A DNA stretch of 64,000 bases from Octopus vulgaris (lineage: Eukaryota), in the NCBI GenBank assembly GCA_951406725.2, contig OX597814.1:167214001-167278000 (forward strand). Direction: 5' to 3'. The notes under the pieces are model-generated. The model did not search any database. It had not been told where the DNA came from and saw only the letters and a program-made list of their open reading frames with translations. The translations under genes were made by a program, and so were the position numbers. Positions 40,675 to 53,998 of this stretch are shown in pieces (the first letter of the stretch is position 1; each line of letters starts with the position of its first letter).

Positions 40675-42172
40675 CTATCCATATGGTATATTTATATTCG
40701 ACATTTTAAATTTAGCCGCGTGCCTACATAAGTTCATTAACTCACTTCTTTGATTCAAAGAATTATTGTCTTTGAATAAGATGTACATTTTTTCTAATAG
40801 ACAAAGTTTGCACTTGAAATTATTTTTGTAAGCTCCATGCCTGTATGGTGCCGCCCTGTCCAGAATGCTCCATGTCACGTTGAAAGGTGGGGCTTCCTTT
40901 TCTTTTAGTTCCCAGACATATTTTGCTAGGCTGGTTTTCTTCCTATTCTCTGGGTATTTAAATGAATTTTTACGAGAATAAAATCTTGTTTTAAATGAAT
41001 TTTCTGAAGCCCCTGTGTATGTCTTGTATTCCGATGAGCCTTCCACTTGCACCTTGGCTCTATAAACTACTCCTTTCACTAGACATTTCCCTTCTAACGG
41101 ACAGGAGCTTTCGTTTTTGAAATTACATTTCTTAATGGGCTCGGCACCATGTCTAATCTCAATTAGCTTCCTATTATGTTGGCTAATGTAAGAGGCGAAA
41201 TTTCTGCAACAAGAATAGCTAACCTTCAGGGTTCTTCTATTAAATATTCTGTAGAATTTATGACCCTGCTTAAAATGCTTAGAGACTAATCTCAAAAATT
41301 CCTTACCTATATTAGTCTTTACGGCCAAATTGAAAGCCGGGTTGAACCACAAAACTTTCCTGGTCCTAGTTCTTCGTGCAGCATTATTATCAGCATTAAG
41401 CTGGTTGAACTGGATCTTCTCAGAGAATCCACTATTCTTTAATGCGCTATCGTAATAAGGTGCAGCATTATGGAATGCTGCCTCGTCCGAAGAAATTGAA
41501 GATATTCTTCTACCTACATTGCTGACTAAGTTCCTAAGGATAACTGGTGGATGGTTCGAATCTTTGCTAATATACGATAGCTTTTCATTGGGCTTACGGA
41601 AAGGTTTAAATCTATCCGATCTTACATTAAAATTTACATCTAAAAAATCTACACTATTCAGGTTAGCATCTATCGTAACCCGTAAGCCCATCCTTTGAAA
41701 GAAAGCTATAAGGTCCTTCCTAAGTCTATCTGATTCATGGCCGTTTAGATTATGCGTGGCTATAAGGCTGTCATCCCTATATAAACCTGCATCTATAAAT
41801 GGGAATTCTATTTTTAGATTATGGAGAATAAAGGCTCCTATGAGCATACATAATTCAGCCCCGTCATATGCCCCCATCGGTACATCGAAAAGAGAATCCT
41901 CAGTCTTCTTAATCCAGGTGGAATCCTCGAAAAAAAGAAGCGATTTCCTCGCATGCATAATAATTTCAATTTCCGAGCTATCGATGTTGACATACTGCTT
42001 GGCGAAGTCCAATGCCCTTAGGAGCAACGTCCTAGATATTGACGGGTAAAAGTCAATAATGTTGAATTGTGTGAAACTACAATTATTCTTATAGCTAATA
42101 CCTTTAAACCACTCTATAACTGACTTACTATTCTTCCAAATTCTCAAGTCTACTTCACTATCTAACTTAACT

Positions 42173-42175
<3 letters not shown>
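40675..42175 (-). CDS. Penelope-like element ORF: reverse transcriptase + C-terminal GIY-YIG endonuclease, 5'-truncated
   Basis: RT motifs FNIIDFYPSI, VPMGAYDGAELC, LYRDD, DFLDV; Cys linker CNFKNESSCPLEGKC; GIY-YIG GVVY...YTG...FKTR; C-terminal CKLCLLEK...LNQRSE...CRH. The track start is a TTG and the frame stays open upstream (ILVKLDSEVDLRIW) to the (TA)n tract, so there is no true start. Confidence 0.93.
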
Positions 42176-42224
<49 letters not shown>

Positions 42225-42228
<4 letters not shown>

Positions 42229-42527
42229 ATTGCAGATGTTTGTAACTCATTTAAGAACACATAAAACCCATTAGTTTCACTTCAACATTTAAATTTAATT
42301 TGTGTCAAAATATTTTTGTTGCTTTGAAACCACAACCTGTTTTGTCAGTGAACAGATTGTGGTTTCAAAGTGCTGAAAATATTTTGACACAAATCAAATT
42401 TAAATGTTCAAGTGAAACTAACAGTTTTTGTGTGTTCTTAAATGGGTTACAAACCTCTTCCATGCTGCAACTGTTTTTGTTTCAGCTCATGATCTCAGAC
42501 CAAGCCACTTGCTATGCAAGTACATTT

Positions 42528-42530
<3 letters not shown>
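42225..42530. repeat. Fold-back element between (TA)n tracts; a one-armed relative lies at ~51088-51247
   Basis: ~100-bp imperfect inverted arms ~42238-42340 and ~42350-42453, followed by an unpaired ~75-bp tail that is also seen at ~51180-51245. Confidence 0.75.
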
Positions 42531-42572
<42 letters not shown>

Positions 42573-44137
42573 ATCTAGAGATATATATATATTGCTCTAA
42601 CCAAAGAGGATAATTACATATTAATTGTTTCCGTCCAACCCATGCTAGCATGGAAAACGGACGCTAAACGATGATGATGATGATGATGATGATGATAATT
42701 ACTTATTAACTCCATGAAATAAGAACTATATACCTATTCTTTTAAAAGTTTTGAGGGTTTCAGCTGTATTGATTCACTCACATATACATTCATGTATAAG
42801 TGATCCTAATTATCATCATATTATTATTACTGGGCTCTGAGGGTCTGAATAGATTTAAATTAAAGTACGTTGCCCATGCTAGTGCCACGCAAAAAAGCAC
42901 TGAATCCACTCTGCAGAGTGGTTGATGTTAGGAAGGGCATCCAGCCATAAAAACCCTGCCAAAGCAGATACAGTAGCCTAGGGCAGTTTTCTACCTAGCC
43001 TGTTCCTGTCAACTGTCCAACTCATGCATGCATGGAAGACAAACGTTAAATGATGATGATGATGATAATGATGATGATGATGATGATACCAATCTGTAGA
43101 TATGGATCTATTTTGTAATCTCAAATCCACTGCTCTCTATATCTAATGACAAAGTAAACAACTAGTCAGAAATGTCTCTACAATGCTGGATAACGAACCC
43201 TGTTTTAACTTTACAATACTGTATCTATTTAGTTGTATTGCTCTTTCTCTCAATAGTTATTTACAGTTAGGGAGACTAGGTTATTTGAGGCTTAAGTATC
43301 TTGGCTCTATGTTATGAATGGGTCTTCTTTGAACAACTTTTGCTTTAGATGTTTTCCCCATTCAAATCTTACTTCCACTGTACAAATGCCATTTTTTTTT
43401 AATCAGCTGATGTCATTAATTCTCATTATATATTCAAACCAATGTCACTATCCCTTTTCACCAGAATTTTAAATAATTCATGACATGAATTTAAAATCCG
43501 TTTCTTAAATACGACAAATTCCATCAAGTGTTCGAATGGAACAATATAAAAGTGAAAGGTTTCATCTGCGTTCTTAAAACTTTTAGTGTTTTCATTCCTT
43601 CTGGAAATTTTTTTAAATTGTGAATTACTGAGCAGATTGCATTATATATATAAATAAAGAATATTTTAAGTAATAATTTTTTCTACTATATGCACAAAGC
43701 CTGAAATTTGGGGATAGGGGGATAGCTGATTACATTGACCCCAGTACTTGACTGGTATTTATTTCATCGACTGTGAAAAGATGAAATGCCAAGTTGACCT
43801 TGGTAGAATTTGAACTCAGAACATAAAGATAGATGAAAGCTTGCTAAACGTCATGTCTGGTATGCTAACGAATCTGCCAGTTTACCACCTTAATATGTTG
43901 AGTAATAATGGTTTCAAATTTGGCTCTCAAGGCCAGCTGGTTCAGGAGAGGGTTTAAGTTGATTACATTATTCCCAGTGCTCAACTGGTGCTTATTTTAT
44001 CGACTATGAAAGGATGACAGGCAAAGCTACCCTCAGCAGAATTTGAACTCAGAATGCAAAGACGAATGAAAGCCTGCTAAGCATTTTGCCCAGTGTACTA
44101 ATGATTCTGTCAGCTCACTGCTTTGATATGTTAATAT

Positions 44138-44595
44138 CATCATCATCATCATCATCATCGTTTAACGTCTGCTTTCCATGCTAGCATGGGTTGGACGATT
44201 TGACTGGGGGCTGGCAAACCAGATGGCTGCACCAGACTCCAATCTGATCTGGCAGAGTTTCTACAGCTGAATGCCCTTCCTAACGCCAACCACTCTGAGA
44301 GTGTAGTGGGCGCTTTTATGTGCCACCGGCATGAGGGTCAGTCTGGCGGTACTTGCAACAGCCACACTCAAATGGTGCTTTTTATGTGCCACCTGCACAG
44401 GAGCCAGTCCAGCGACACTAGCAACGACCTGTCTCAAATGTTTTTTCACGTGCCACCAGCACAAGTGCCAGTAAGGTGACGCAGGTAACGATCACACTTG
44501 AATGGTGCTTTTTACGTGCCATTGGCATGGAGGCCAGCTTGTTGCTCTGGCAACGATCATGCTCATATGGCACTCTTAGTATATGGTACTCTTAT
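44138..44595 (-). mobile_element. Short RTE-tail repeat (family C); other copies ~19340-19630, 20052-20375, 20680-20840, 42860-43085, 53168-53625
   Basis: (CAT)n-CGTTTAACGTC.GCTTTCCATGCTAGCATGGGTTGGACG...GCCCTTCCTAACGCCAACCAC with GTGCTTTT.A.GTGCCACC subrepeats; same sequence as the 3' UTR at 63730-64000. Confidence 0.85.
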
Positions 44596-45102
44596 TACTT
44601 AATATACTAAGTAATAATAAAAAAATATTTATTCAACTTCTGACGGCTTACTTCCTTTAACTATTTATCTATCTATATAGCCATCTGTATAAGTGTATGT
44701 GTGTGAGTGTGTGTGTGTGTGTGTGTATCCATATACAAATGATTCTCTAAATGATCGAATTGAATAATAAACAGTTTTACTTAAGAAAATTCAACTTGCA
44801 TTCTGAGCTAAAATTTGATCAATGAGCTATGAGCAGACTATGTACATGTATTAGGGAAGAGGAGCCCATTCGCTTCATGAGTTAAAATGCGAAGAACAAA
44901 CCACAAGTAGGCTATGCATACATATAAGTAGCTAAGAGAGAGCATACACAAATAGTGCATTAGTGTCCATATATGCATTACATGTTAGCTTGCAAATTTT
45001 CATATATTACATAAAAAATAATATTTTGCTAGGAACATATTCATCAATCAATAGGAGCAAGACGAAGGGAAAAGCATGCATACACACACACACACACACA
45101 TA

Positions 45103-45139
<37 letters not shown>

Positions 45140-45372
45140 TTATGCATATATGTTTTTGTATATTGACAAATGGACAAATGAAACATCATTTTATGCCTTT
45201 ATGTGGAGTTTGGGTGTGGCTTGGAACGGACTACCCCTATTTATATATATTTCAATTACTCATGTCACAAGCAATTTGGTTAATGAACAGGGCTACACAC
45301 ATGCATGCACACACACACACACATGCACACACACATATGCACACACACACACATATAATATATATAATATAC

Positions 45373-45404
<32 letters not shown>

Positions 45405-46429
45405 GGAGTATATACATATAGAATATATATATATATGTATACACACATTCACACACAGACATGTACATACACACACACACACACATACACACACATGCTC
45501 CCACACACACATCTCACCAACTGGTCATCTAAACAGGCAAAGAAACTGTGCCTATCAAGGGTAAAAAGCAACATTAATAATTAAATATATGTAATGATTT
45601 TTCAATTCGGTTTGAAAATGTTAATCTAATGCATGGAATTTAGTGTTAATTCATGGAACTCAATGTATAGAATCTAGTGATGCAGTACAGTTGGCTATCA
45701 TTAATCTGACAACCAGTAATCCTGTTCCACTGCTAATTTGGACATAATTTCCAGTTCGGCATACTAACTGCCACAACTGTTTTAGTGGCATTGATTGCAG
45801 CATCAACTTTTGGTTCGTAATTGTATACAGTAGCAAGTTATTCCTACTTGCTTTTCTGCATTTACTATTATAACCTGCTCCTATTTAGCCTCGGCCAACA
45901 TTGCAATGCCTGAAGGTGTAATGTACAAACAGCATACATTGTTCATAACAGGTGATAATCTTTTACTTGTTTCAGACTGTGGCCATGCTGGGGCACCTCC
46001 TTGAAGGGTTTTAGTTGAACAAATCAACCCCAGTAATTATTTTCTTTCTAAAGTCTGGTACTTGTTCTATTGGTTTCCTTTGCCAAACTGCTAAGTCATG
46101 GGGACATAAACAAACCAACACCAGTCATCAAGTGGTGTAAGTGGGGTGAGGTGGGGTGGGAAGACAAGCACAAACACAAAGACTCTCACTCTCTCTCTCT
46201 CTCACACATACACATACATATATACTTAAATACAGTGGGATTACACACAGTTTCCATGAGCCCCAGGTTGTGGTAGAAAACGCTTGCCCAACATATTGTG
46301 CAACCATGGAGTTCAATTGCAAGGTGAGTTTCTTAACCACACTGCCATCTCTGCTCTTTAACAGATATCTCATTGTCTTTCTGGTATGAATTAGTTTGCT
46401 AAATTGGATTTTAAGCTGGCTTGTCATTT

Positions 46430-48950
46430 GCTAGAATTATGTTTAGAAGCAAGAGATGTTACAGTAAATACAACATGAGATGGTGCAGAGAGATGAGTCT
46501 CTGGTGAAGAATGAAAAACAGTTGAACACATTGGAAATGTTAGTGATATTATGATTCCTAATAAAGATGCTGTATGTGTTAGTGCTAAAATTGTTGAAAG
46601 TCTAAATATCAAATCAGAAAAGATCTTTTAAAAGATTGGAAATATTAGGCACAATGATCAATTGAGTTAAATCTGTTAGAGACTGATGAATTGTCTTCTT
46701 TGGGATATTGACTGATAATGGAGGACACAACACCAATTTGGCATTTTGCTGCAAGAATTATTGATGTAAAACCACAAAAGGATATAAATCAATTACAAAT
46801 TTGATTTATCAATATCCGTGGAAGATATATTGATCATTATTCAGACCATATCTCATCAACTGCATCACTTTATTAACATGGTTGAGTTCAATATCAAAAC
46901 AAATTTGATCCTATAAAGCTGATGTTAGTATCAAAGCCAGTAATCCAGATTTATAATGTCATAGAAGTTACAAGTAAAAGGGCTATATCAGGGTTCTTTT
47001 ACTAAAGATAATTCTATGCTATATTTGTCAAGAACAAGACTCAAATTCTAAAAGAGAAACCATCACAATTGTATGAACTCAAAAAGCCCAGCCTTTCCAG
47101 CTTGGCTGAAAACTTGAAATAGTCTCATCTCATAGGCTACAAGAATTAATTTCCTTGGGAAAGTTATGCTTTACTGAAAGTAATGGTTACATGTATTTTA
47201 AAATAGGCCTTATAAACGACAGCATTTGATAATGAAATATATGTTTATGTAAATGGATTTCAAATATCATATGCTGAATTAAAATTAAAATTGTTTCAGT
47301 AATGTTAGTTTGGATGAATGCTATCATGATGATGATGATATCTTCCCATGTATCTTCTAGAGCTAGATGTTACAAAATGTGAAAACATAGAGTTGAAGAC
47401 TTCTAATGATAACATTTTATATGTTATGTTAAAAAGATTGCATCGTAATAACTGGAAAACTCATTCCATTATTGAGAAGCCATTGAAGTCACTGAAAAGA
47501 ATATTAACAGTTGAATATAGTGCTTTATTTAATGGAAAGTTAATTGTTCCAACTTGTCTGAGATCATTAATGATAAAATCTGTGTAGAATGATGATATAC
47601 ATTATGATTCAACAGCAACAAGAAATCAGTTGAGATTAGATGCTCGATGGCCTGGTTGATGTGTATATGTGGAACAATGTTTAAGATATCCAACATGTGC
47701 TAGAGTAAAACTGGAATTATTTCTTGCTGCACACATATGGTCTAAAAATATTAAATCATGTTTTAGGTGTGCATATGGATCTCATTTATTTTAAGAATTT
47801 AGATCTATTCTTGTTATTTGATGATGTATACTATGGGGAACCAGAAATAATGAGATTCAGGAATTAAGACATAGAAGCAGTATGATGGGTAAGAACTGGG
47901 ATTTCCAGAAACAATATTCCAGAAACATTAGGATTTGACAATGCCAGTTAATTTTGTGATAATGACTTGTATACATGTATTGATAAGATTAGGCATTGAC
48001 TGAAGAAAATGTCTTCATGCTATCCAGAATCAAATAGAAATACTGAAAGAATGGTTACAAGTGTTAAAATGGATTTAAAAGTTGATATTCAACAATAAAG
48101 ATTTTATTAAGGCTTTTGATATTTCGTTTTTGGATTTGGTTTGCAAGATTCTTTATATGAGTATGAGTTCGTGTGTTGAAGCATATTCTGTTGTATCTGG
48201 GGAGAGTCATTTTCTTTTTGTGCCTTATTATTTAACACACTCACCGGTAAAATTTCCACTTTTTCTTATTTTTATTTTCCTAAAATTTTCATTGCAACCT
48301 TTTCAATAGTCTTGATTCTCTTGAGAGTCAAGACTATTGAAAGTCTTGCAACCTTTTCAATAGTCTTGAGAGTCAAGACTATTGAAAAGGTTGCAAGTTG
48401 CAACGAAAATTTTAGGAAAATAAAAATAAGAAAAAAGTGGAAATTTTACCGGTGAGTGTGTTAATAATAAGGCACAAAAAGAAAATGACTCTCCCCAGAC
48501 ACAATAGAATAAGGCTTTTGAGTTATCTATCAAACAATCTCTCATCCAGCAAAACTTCTAAGTCCATCTGCTTTGACAAATATGGTCACAAGCAACAAGA
48601 TCTTATGAACTGCAGTGTTATTATGGAACTGATATGAGAGGAATAATGAACTACACCAGACTAGTTGGAAACAACACAGCTGCAATTCATAAGGGTAAAT
48701 GGAGCATACTAATTTATGCAGAGAAAATAAATAATGAACAAATATTGATAGTGAACAACATGCGGATTCAGTCCCTTAAGCATTTAATGATGTTCCAGAC
48801 TTTATTAATAAAAATTGTGATTGACAACTGATATAGGAACAAACATTACAAATGATGTTAGATACATTTCTTGAATAATGAAAGGAATTAAATCAATTCA
48901 TTTTCAAGAGATGTGGCGTCATTGTTATGCTAATATTATTCTAGCATTGC
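46430..48950 (+). mobile_element. Decayed Ty3/Gypsy LTR-retrotransposon internal region (RNase H end to integrase)
   Basis: Interrupted translation ...LTVEYSALFNGKLIVPTCLRSLMIKSV*NDDIHYDSTATRNQLRLDARWPG*CVYVEQCLRYPTCA (integrase Zn-binding region), then SRNNIPETLGFDNAS*F...CYPESNRNTERMVTSVK (core, compare GxPxxxxSDN...YHPQSNGxAERxV). Outer limits are uncertain. Confidence 0.75.
48108..48521. mobile_element. Large palindromic insertion with 12-bp target-site duplication, inside a Gypsy relic
   Basis: TAAGGCTTTTGA at 48108-48119 and 48510-48521; inverted arms ~48185-48297 and ~48397-48510; centre built from nested hairpins TTTCAATAGTCTTGA..TCAAGACTATTGAAA. Confidence 0.8.
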
Positions 48951-50661
48951 ATGTATTTTTATAGTGATTAATGATCTACATTTAAGGTGACCACCAGTTC
49001 AGTATCAGACTTTGGCTATTTAGCTGAATGAAACTTCTGAATGTAGAAGACTGAGAACAAATATGGCTTTGATAAATTTTGTACAACATGATACTTTTAT
49101 TTCTCTAGATGCACACACACATGCACACGCACACGCACACGCACACGCACACACACACACACACACATACACACACATTAAATTTATTTGGTTGAAACCT
49201 ATTTCTTTACTACCCACAAGGGGCTAAACACAGAGAGGACAAACAAGGACAGACAAACGGATTAAGTCGATTATATCGACCCCAGTGCATAACTGGTACT
49301 TATTTAATCGACTCCAAAAGGATGAACGGCAAAGTTGACCTCAGTGGAATTTGAACTCAGAACATAGCGGCAGATGAAATACCGCTAAGCATTTCATCTG
49401 GGGTGCTAACGATTCTGCCAGCTCACCGCCTTTTGCACTGCTACTCTGAGTTTTCCCATGCTATATGTTTCATTCTGATTGTAAAATATGCTGAAAATAA
49501 TGACATTCTGTTGAAATTCAAGATGATGTTGGAACATGGTCATCTCATTGGTTGATCCAGGTTATGTAGGGACTGCACATACATTGAGGTATGAGTCAGC
49601 ATAAAATTGTATAGAATAGGAAGTTTAGGGGGGAGGTAATACAGAATTAAAAATAAAACAGCTTGTGGGAAGTAATTGATGTTGAAAATAGAAATTATTA
49701 ATACAGGAAATGATTAAACGGTATTAACTTAATTATAACCAAGAAAAATGAAATTTATTGAAATTAAAGGTTGAAATTATTAAAAGGAATAGCAGAAATA
49801 CTACTTGAAACTTAACACCTAATTTTAATTCTGTAATCTATAATCTTAATTATTCCACTTTGATTAGCTTTATCATGTATTGATTTGTTCTGATTGATCT
49901 TGTAATATTAAATCAACCCCATTTCATTATTTCCTTTACAATATTTTTATACATTGATTTGAATAAGCATAAGGAAAAGCTGTTTGTTAACAATTTACTT
50001 TATTAATGCCAATTGTCTAACTTAAGTTTGCTCCTTCTCGAGCCATGCCTGGCTCATAAGTGCCAGTTTCCCGGTTTCTTGGCATATAGGTTCCTGGACG
50101 GGACGCCAGTCCGTCGCAGGTGAGCTGCAAGATGCAGGAGGAAAGAGTGAGAGAAAGTTGTGGTGAAAGAGTCAGCAGATGTTTCACCATTACCTTCTAC
50201 CGGAGCCGCGTGGAGCTTAGGTGTTTTGCTCATAAACACACACATCACCCGGTCTGAGATTCAAACCCGCAATCCCTTGACCGCAAGTCCGCTGCTCGAA
50301 CCACTAGGCCATGTGCCTCCACTGCCTAACTTAAGTACTTACTCATGATCCACATCCTATAAATATATATGTAAAAGCCTTGTGAAAGGATTGGTTAAAT
50401 AGAAACTGAAAGAAGCTCATCATGTGTGTATGTGTGTGTATGTGTGTGTGTGCATGTGTGTGTGTGTATGTGTGTATAAATTCCTTTATTTGTTTCAGTC
50501 AGTTGACTGCAGCCATGCTGGAACACTGCCTGGAAGGATTTTCATAGAACAAATCAACCTCAGTTGTCAAGCAGTGAAGGTGAGGACAAATAGATGTACA
50601 AAACATGTACACACAGACACACAGGCACCCCCCCCCACACACAGAAATTCCTTTTGGCACT

Positions 50662-50794
<133 letters not shown>

Positions 50795-51245
50795 CATGTA
50801 CATACACAACTGACGTCTTTCAGTTTCCATCAACTAAATCCACCCACAAGGCTTTTGGCGACCAAGAGCATTAGTAGAAGACATTTGATCATGGTGCTAT
50901 GCAGTGGGACTGAACCCAAAACCATATGGTTGGAAAGCAAACTCCTTACCAGATGGCTATGCCTGCACCTATACGTATATAGACATACACACACACGCAC
51001 ACACACATACATACATGCATGCATATACATATACACACACACGTACACATACCTATATGCTTATATATATATATATATATATATAAAAACAATTGCATTT
51101 TGACAAATTAAATTTAAATGTTGAAGTAAATCTAACGGATTTTGTGTGTTTCTTAAATGGCTTATAAACACCTTCCACGCTGCAATTGTTTTTGCTCCAG
51201 CATATGATCTCAGATCAGGTTACTTGCTATGCAAGTACATCTCCA

Positions 51246-51288
<43 letters not shown>

Positions 51289-52289
51289 CAAGAAAGTTAG
51301 AGGTTGGGAATCCAACCAACTAAGGGATAATATCTAGGTGTTTCGCTCATAAAATACCCAATTATTAATACACAAGTGTTTTTTTATTGCATTGCAATTA
51401 CATTACCAAGTGTACTAAATGGGTGAAGGTAAAGAGATATTTTACCATTAATTTTTATAGCAATAAGAAAATGGAGAGGATCAATAGGTGGTATTCATCA
51501 ACTTTTAGGCATTATATTATGTCAATTTATTTATTTATTTACTAAAATGACAATTATTGTTGTAATTGTCATGTTAGTAAATAATTAAATAAATTGACAT
51601 AATGTAATGTCTAAAAGTTGATGTTGAAGGACCTTGTATGTTGTCTTTCAAACTGCTAGAAATAGCAGCCAAAATCACATTCAAACCAAACCCTACTGCC
51701 TTAAATTAAGGTAGGAGTTGATTGAATTGGATTGGATAACAACAGTTGTAACCTTACCCCTAAAATGATGGGGTAGCTCTGACTGGAAAGCATTTGTTCA
51801 TAGGACTGTTTGAACAAATTTGACCTGGGATTAACAAACAACAACATGAGGAACACATGCTGTTCCCCTTTAACTATTGCTGTTACTGTTGCAGTTACTA
51901 CCACTGCTGCTTTGTATGGCTATTGATGTAGCAATTGTTATTGCTGCCCTTGCAGCTCTTACTGTTTGGTGCAGATGTTGCTGCTGCAAATGTTGCAGAT
52001 TTTTATTGTTGTAATTGCTTTGCTTCTGAGTTCCAGTTGCTAATACTGCTGCCATTGTCTGTGACTGTGATGACTGCAACCAATTGCATTGCATCTGTTG
52101 CTGTTATTATTGTAAATGCTAAAGCACGTATGCACTAGTACAACTATGTTATATATATGTTTCCTCTCCCATACTTTCATCTTCGTGCAAACACTACAGG
52201 AAACAAAACAGTTTGTATCAGCGAAACCTTTAAAGAGAAATATGAACAGGAGTCCTCTGTGAAAGCTGCATAAAAAAAAAAGACATAAG

Positions 52290-52576
52290 CAACAATGACA
52301 ATAATGATAGTAGTTGTTGTTATTGTTGATGATAATGGTGATATGATGGTGGTTTTGGTGGTGGTGGTGGTGGCGTCGGTGGTGGCGGCGGCGGCGGTGG
52401 TGGTGGTGGTTGGGGTGGTGGTGATGGTGGTGGTGGTAGTAGTTTTGGTGGTGGTGGTTGTTTTGGTGGTGGCGATGGTGGTGGTGGTGGTGGTGAGGAG
52501 GAGGAGAACGATGACAGCGATGACAACGACAACATTGACAGTGACAACATCAGTGACACCAACAATGACAGGGACC

Positions 52577-52607
<31 letters not shown>

Positions 52608-52615
52608 TGATGACA
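52290..52615. repeat. Compound trinucleotide low-complexity tract (GGT/GGC/GAT/GAC)
   Basis: Directly visible; produces poly-V, poly-T and poly-P ORFs. Confidence 0.9.
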
Positions 52616-53998
52616 GAGCATTGCAGTGATTGCAAATTACGTAGACTGTGAAGCAACAATTAACCGCATTATCTCTCAGGTTGCCCAGCCTATAAAAAAA
52701 ATAAATAAATAACAAAAACTGACGAACATATCAACATGCACAAAATAGAGCTAGCAGTGGGTGTGCAATACTTGTAGCTATGTATGTAGGCTGAACTAAA
52801 AGCAAAGTAGATTGTGCAAACAAACAAATGAAGACAGTGAAAAAAACAGTAAAGTCCCCATCATATGAAAGCGTGTTTGTGCATACTGACAGAATGATGA
52901 AAAGCAATTGATCAAACATCACTGTAAAAGATTGCAGAATCAAGAAAATACCTGTTTAAATAGCACATTATAAGGCTTGCATCATTCTCTATGATAAACA
53001 TGACAATAGTATATTAATTATTGACATACCAATGCCAAATGGCTATAATTTTTTACAGATGTGAGATGAAATGTTCAAAAAAACTACCAACATAACAATT
53101 GAGCTAAAAGCATTATGCCAGTTAAGGAATGTGTTTGTCATCCCATTTGTAATTGGCACAACTGATGTCATCATCATCCTCCTCCTCATCATCGTTTAAC
53201 ATCCGCTTTCCATGCTAGCATGATGACTGGCATCCGTGCTAGTGGAGCGCTAAGAGTTCCATACGAGCATGATCATTGCCAGACCAACAAGCTGGCCTCC
53301 ATGCTAATGGCGCGTAAAAAGCACCATTCAAGCATGATCGTTACCTGCGTCACCTTACTGACACTTGTGCTGGTGGCACGTGAAAAAAACATTTGAGACA
53401 GGTCGTTGCCAGTGCCGCTGGACTGGCTTCTGTGCAGGTGGCACATAAAAAGCACCATTTGAGTGTGTCTGCTGCCAGTATCACCTGACTGGCCCTCGTG
53501 CCAGTGGCACGTAAAAGCACCCACTACACTCTCAGAGTGGCTGGCGTTAGGAAGGGCATCCAGCTGCAGAAACTCTGCCAGATCAGATTGGAGTCTGGTG
53601 CAGCCATCTAGTTTGCCAGACCTCATTACTGATGAAGTAAACATTGAAGAAGCTTTGCTCCATACAGAAACTGCAGAAGCTACTCAGAGATATTGCAAGC
53701 TCTTCCCCTGAATCCATTGTAATGTCAGAAATCCTTCCATATCATCAGCAAGTATCTCAGGATCACAAGCATTTTGCCTCTTAGCCTGTATGAAATAGCA
53801 GGGACTGAATTAGTCTTTACCTGCAGCAAAGTTCCACCTGCAGCCTTTTGTCAAACACAGTCACCTATAAATTATTTACCTATAAGGATAGGCTCAGGCA
53901 CATTCTGGAAAATAATAATTCAAGAATCTGTAAAAATCATCAGCATATTCTCATACAACATTTGTTAGATTAAAAAATGTTTGTTAATCCTGAACATT

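Larger units (their letters stand above)
39505..42178 (-). mobile_element. Penelope-like retroelement (Naiad-like by motif resemblance), ORF plus ~1.17 kb 3' region, inserted in (TA)n
   Basis: ORF above; non-coding 3' region ends in a hammerhead motif; (TA)n tracts on both sides (~39481-39503 and ~42176-42223). Clade assignment is from recalled motif similarity only. Confidence 0.8.

Noticed and set aside
40675-41200. Possible selenoprotein-type PLE endonuclease (reported for some Naiad elements)
   Set aside because: The frame has no in-frame TGA, the Cys positions are ordinary codons and the ORF ends in TAG.
41756-42049. 97-aa plus-strand ORF
   Set aside because: Antisense shadow of the PLE RT frame.
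52177-52715. Poly-Pro, poly-Thr and poly-Val ORFs resembling extensin or mucin
   Set aside because: Trinucleotide low-complexity tract open in several frames on both strands, with no splice or domain support.
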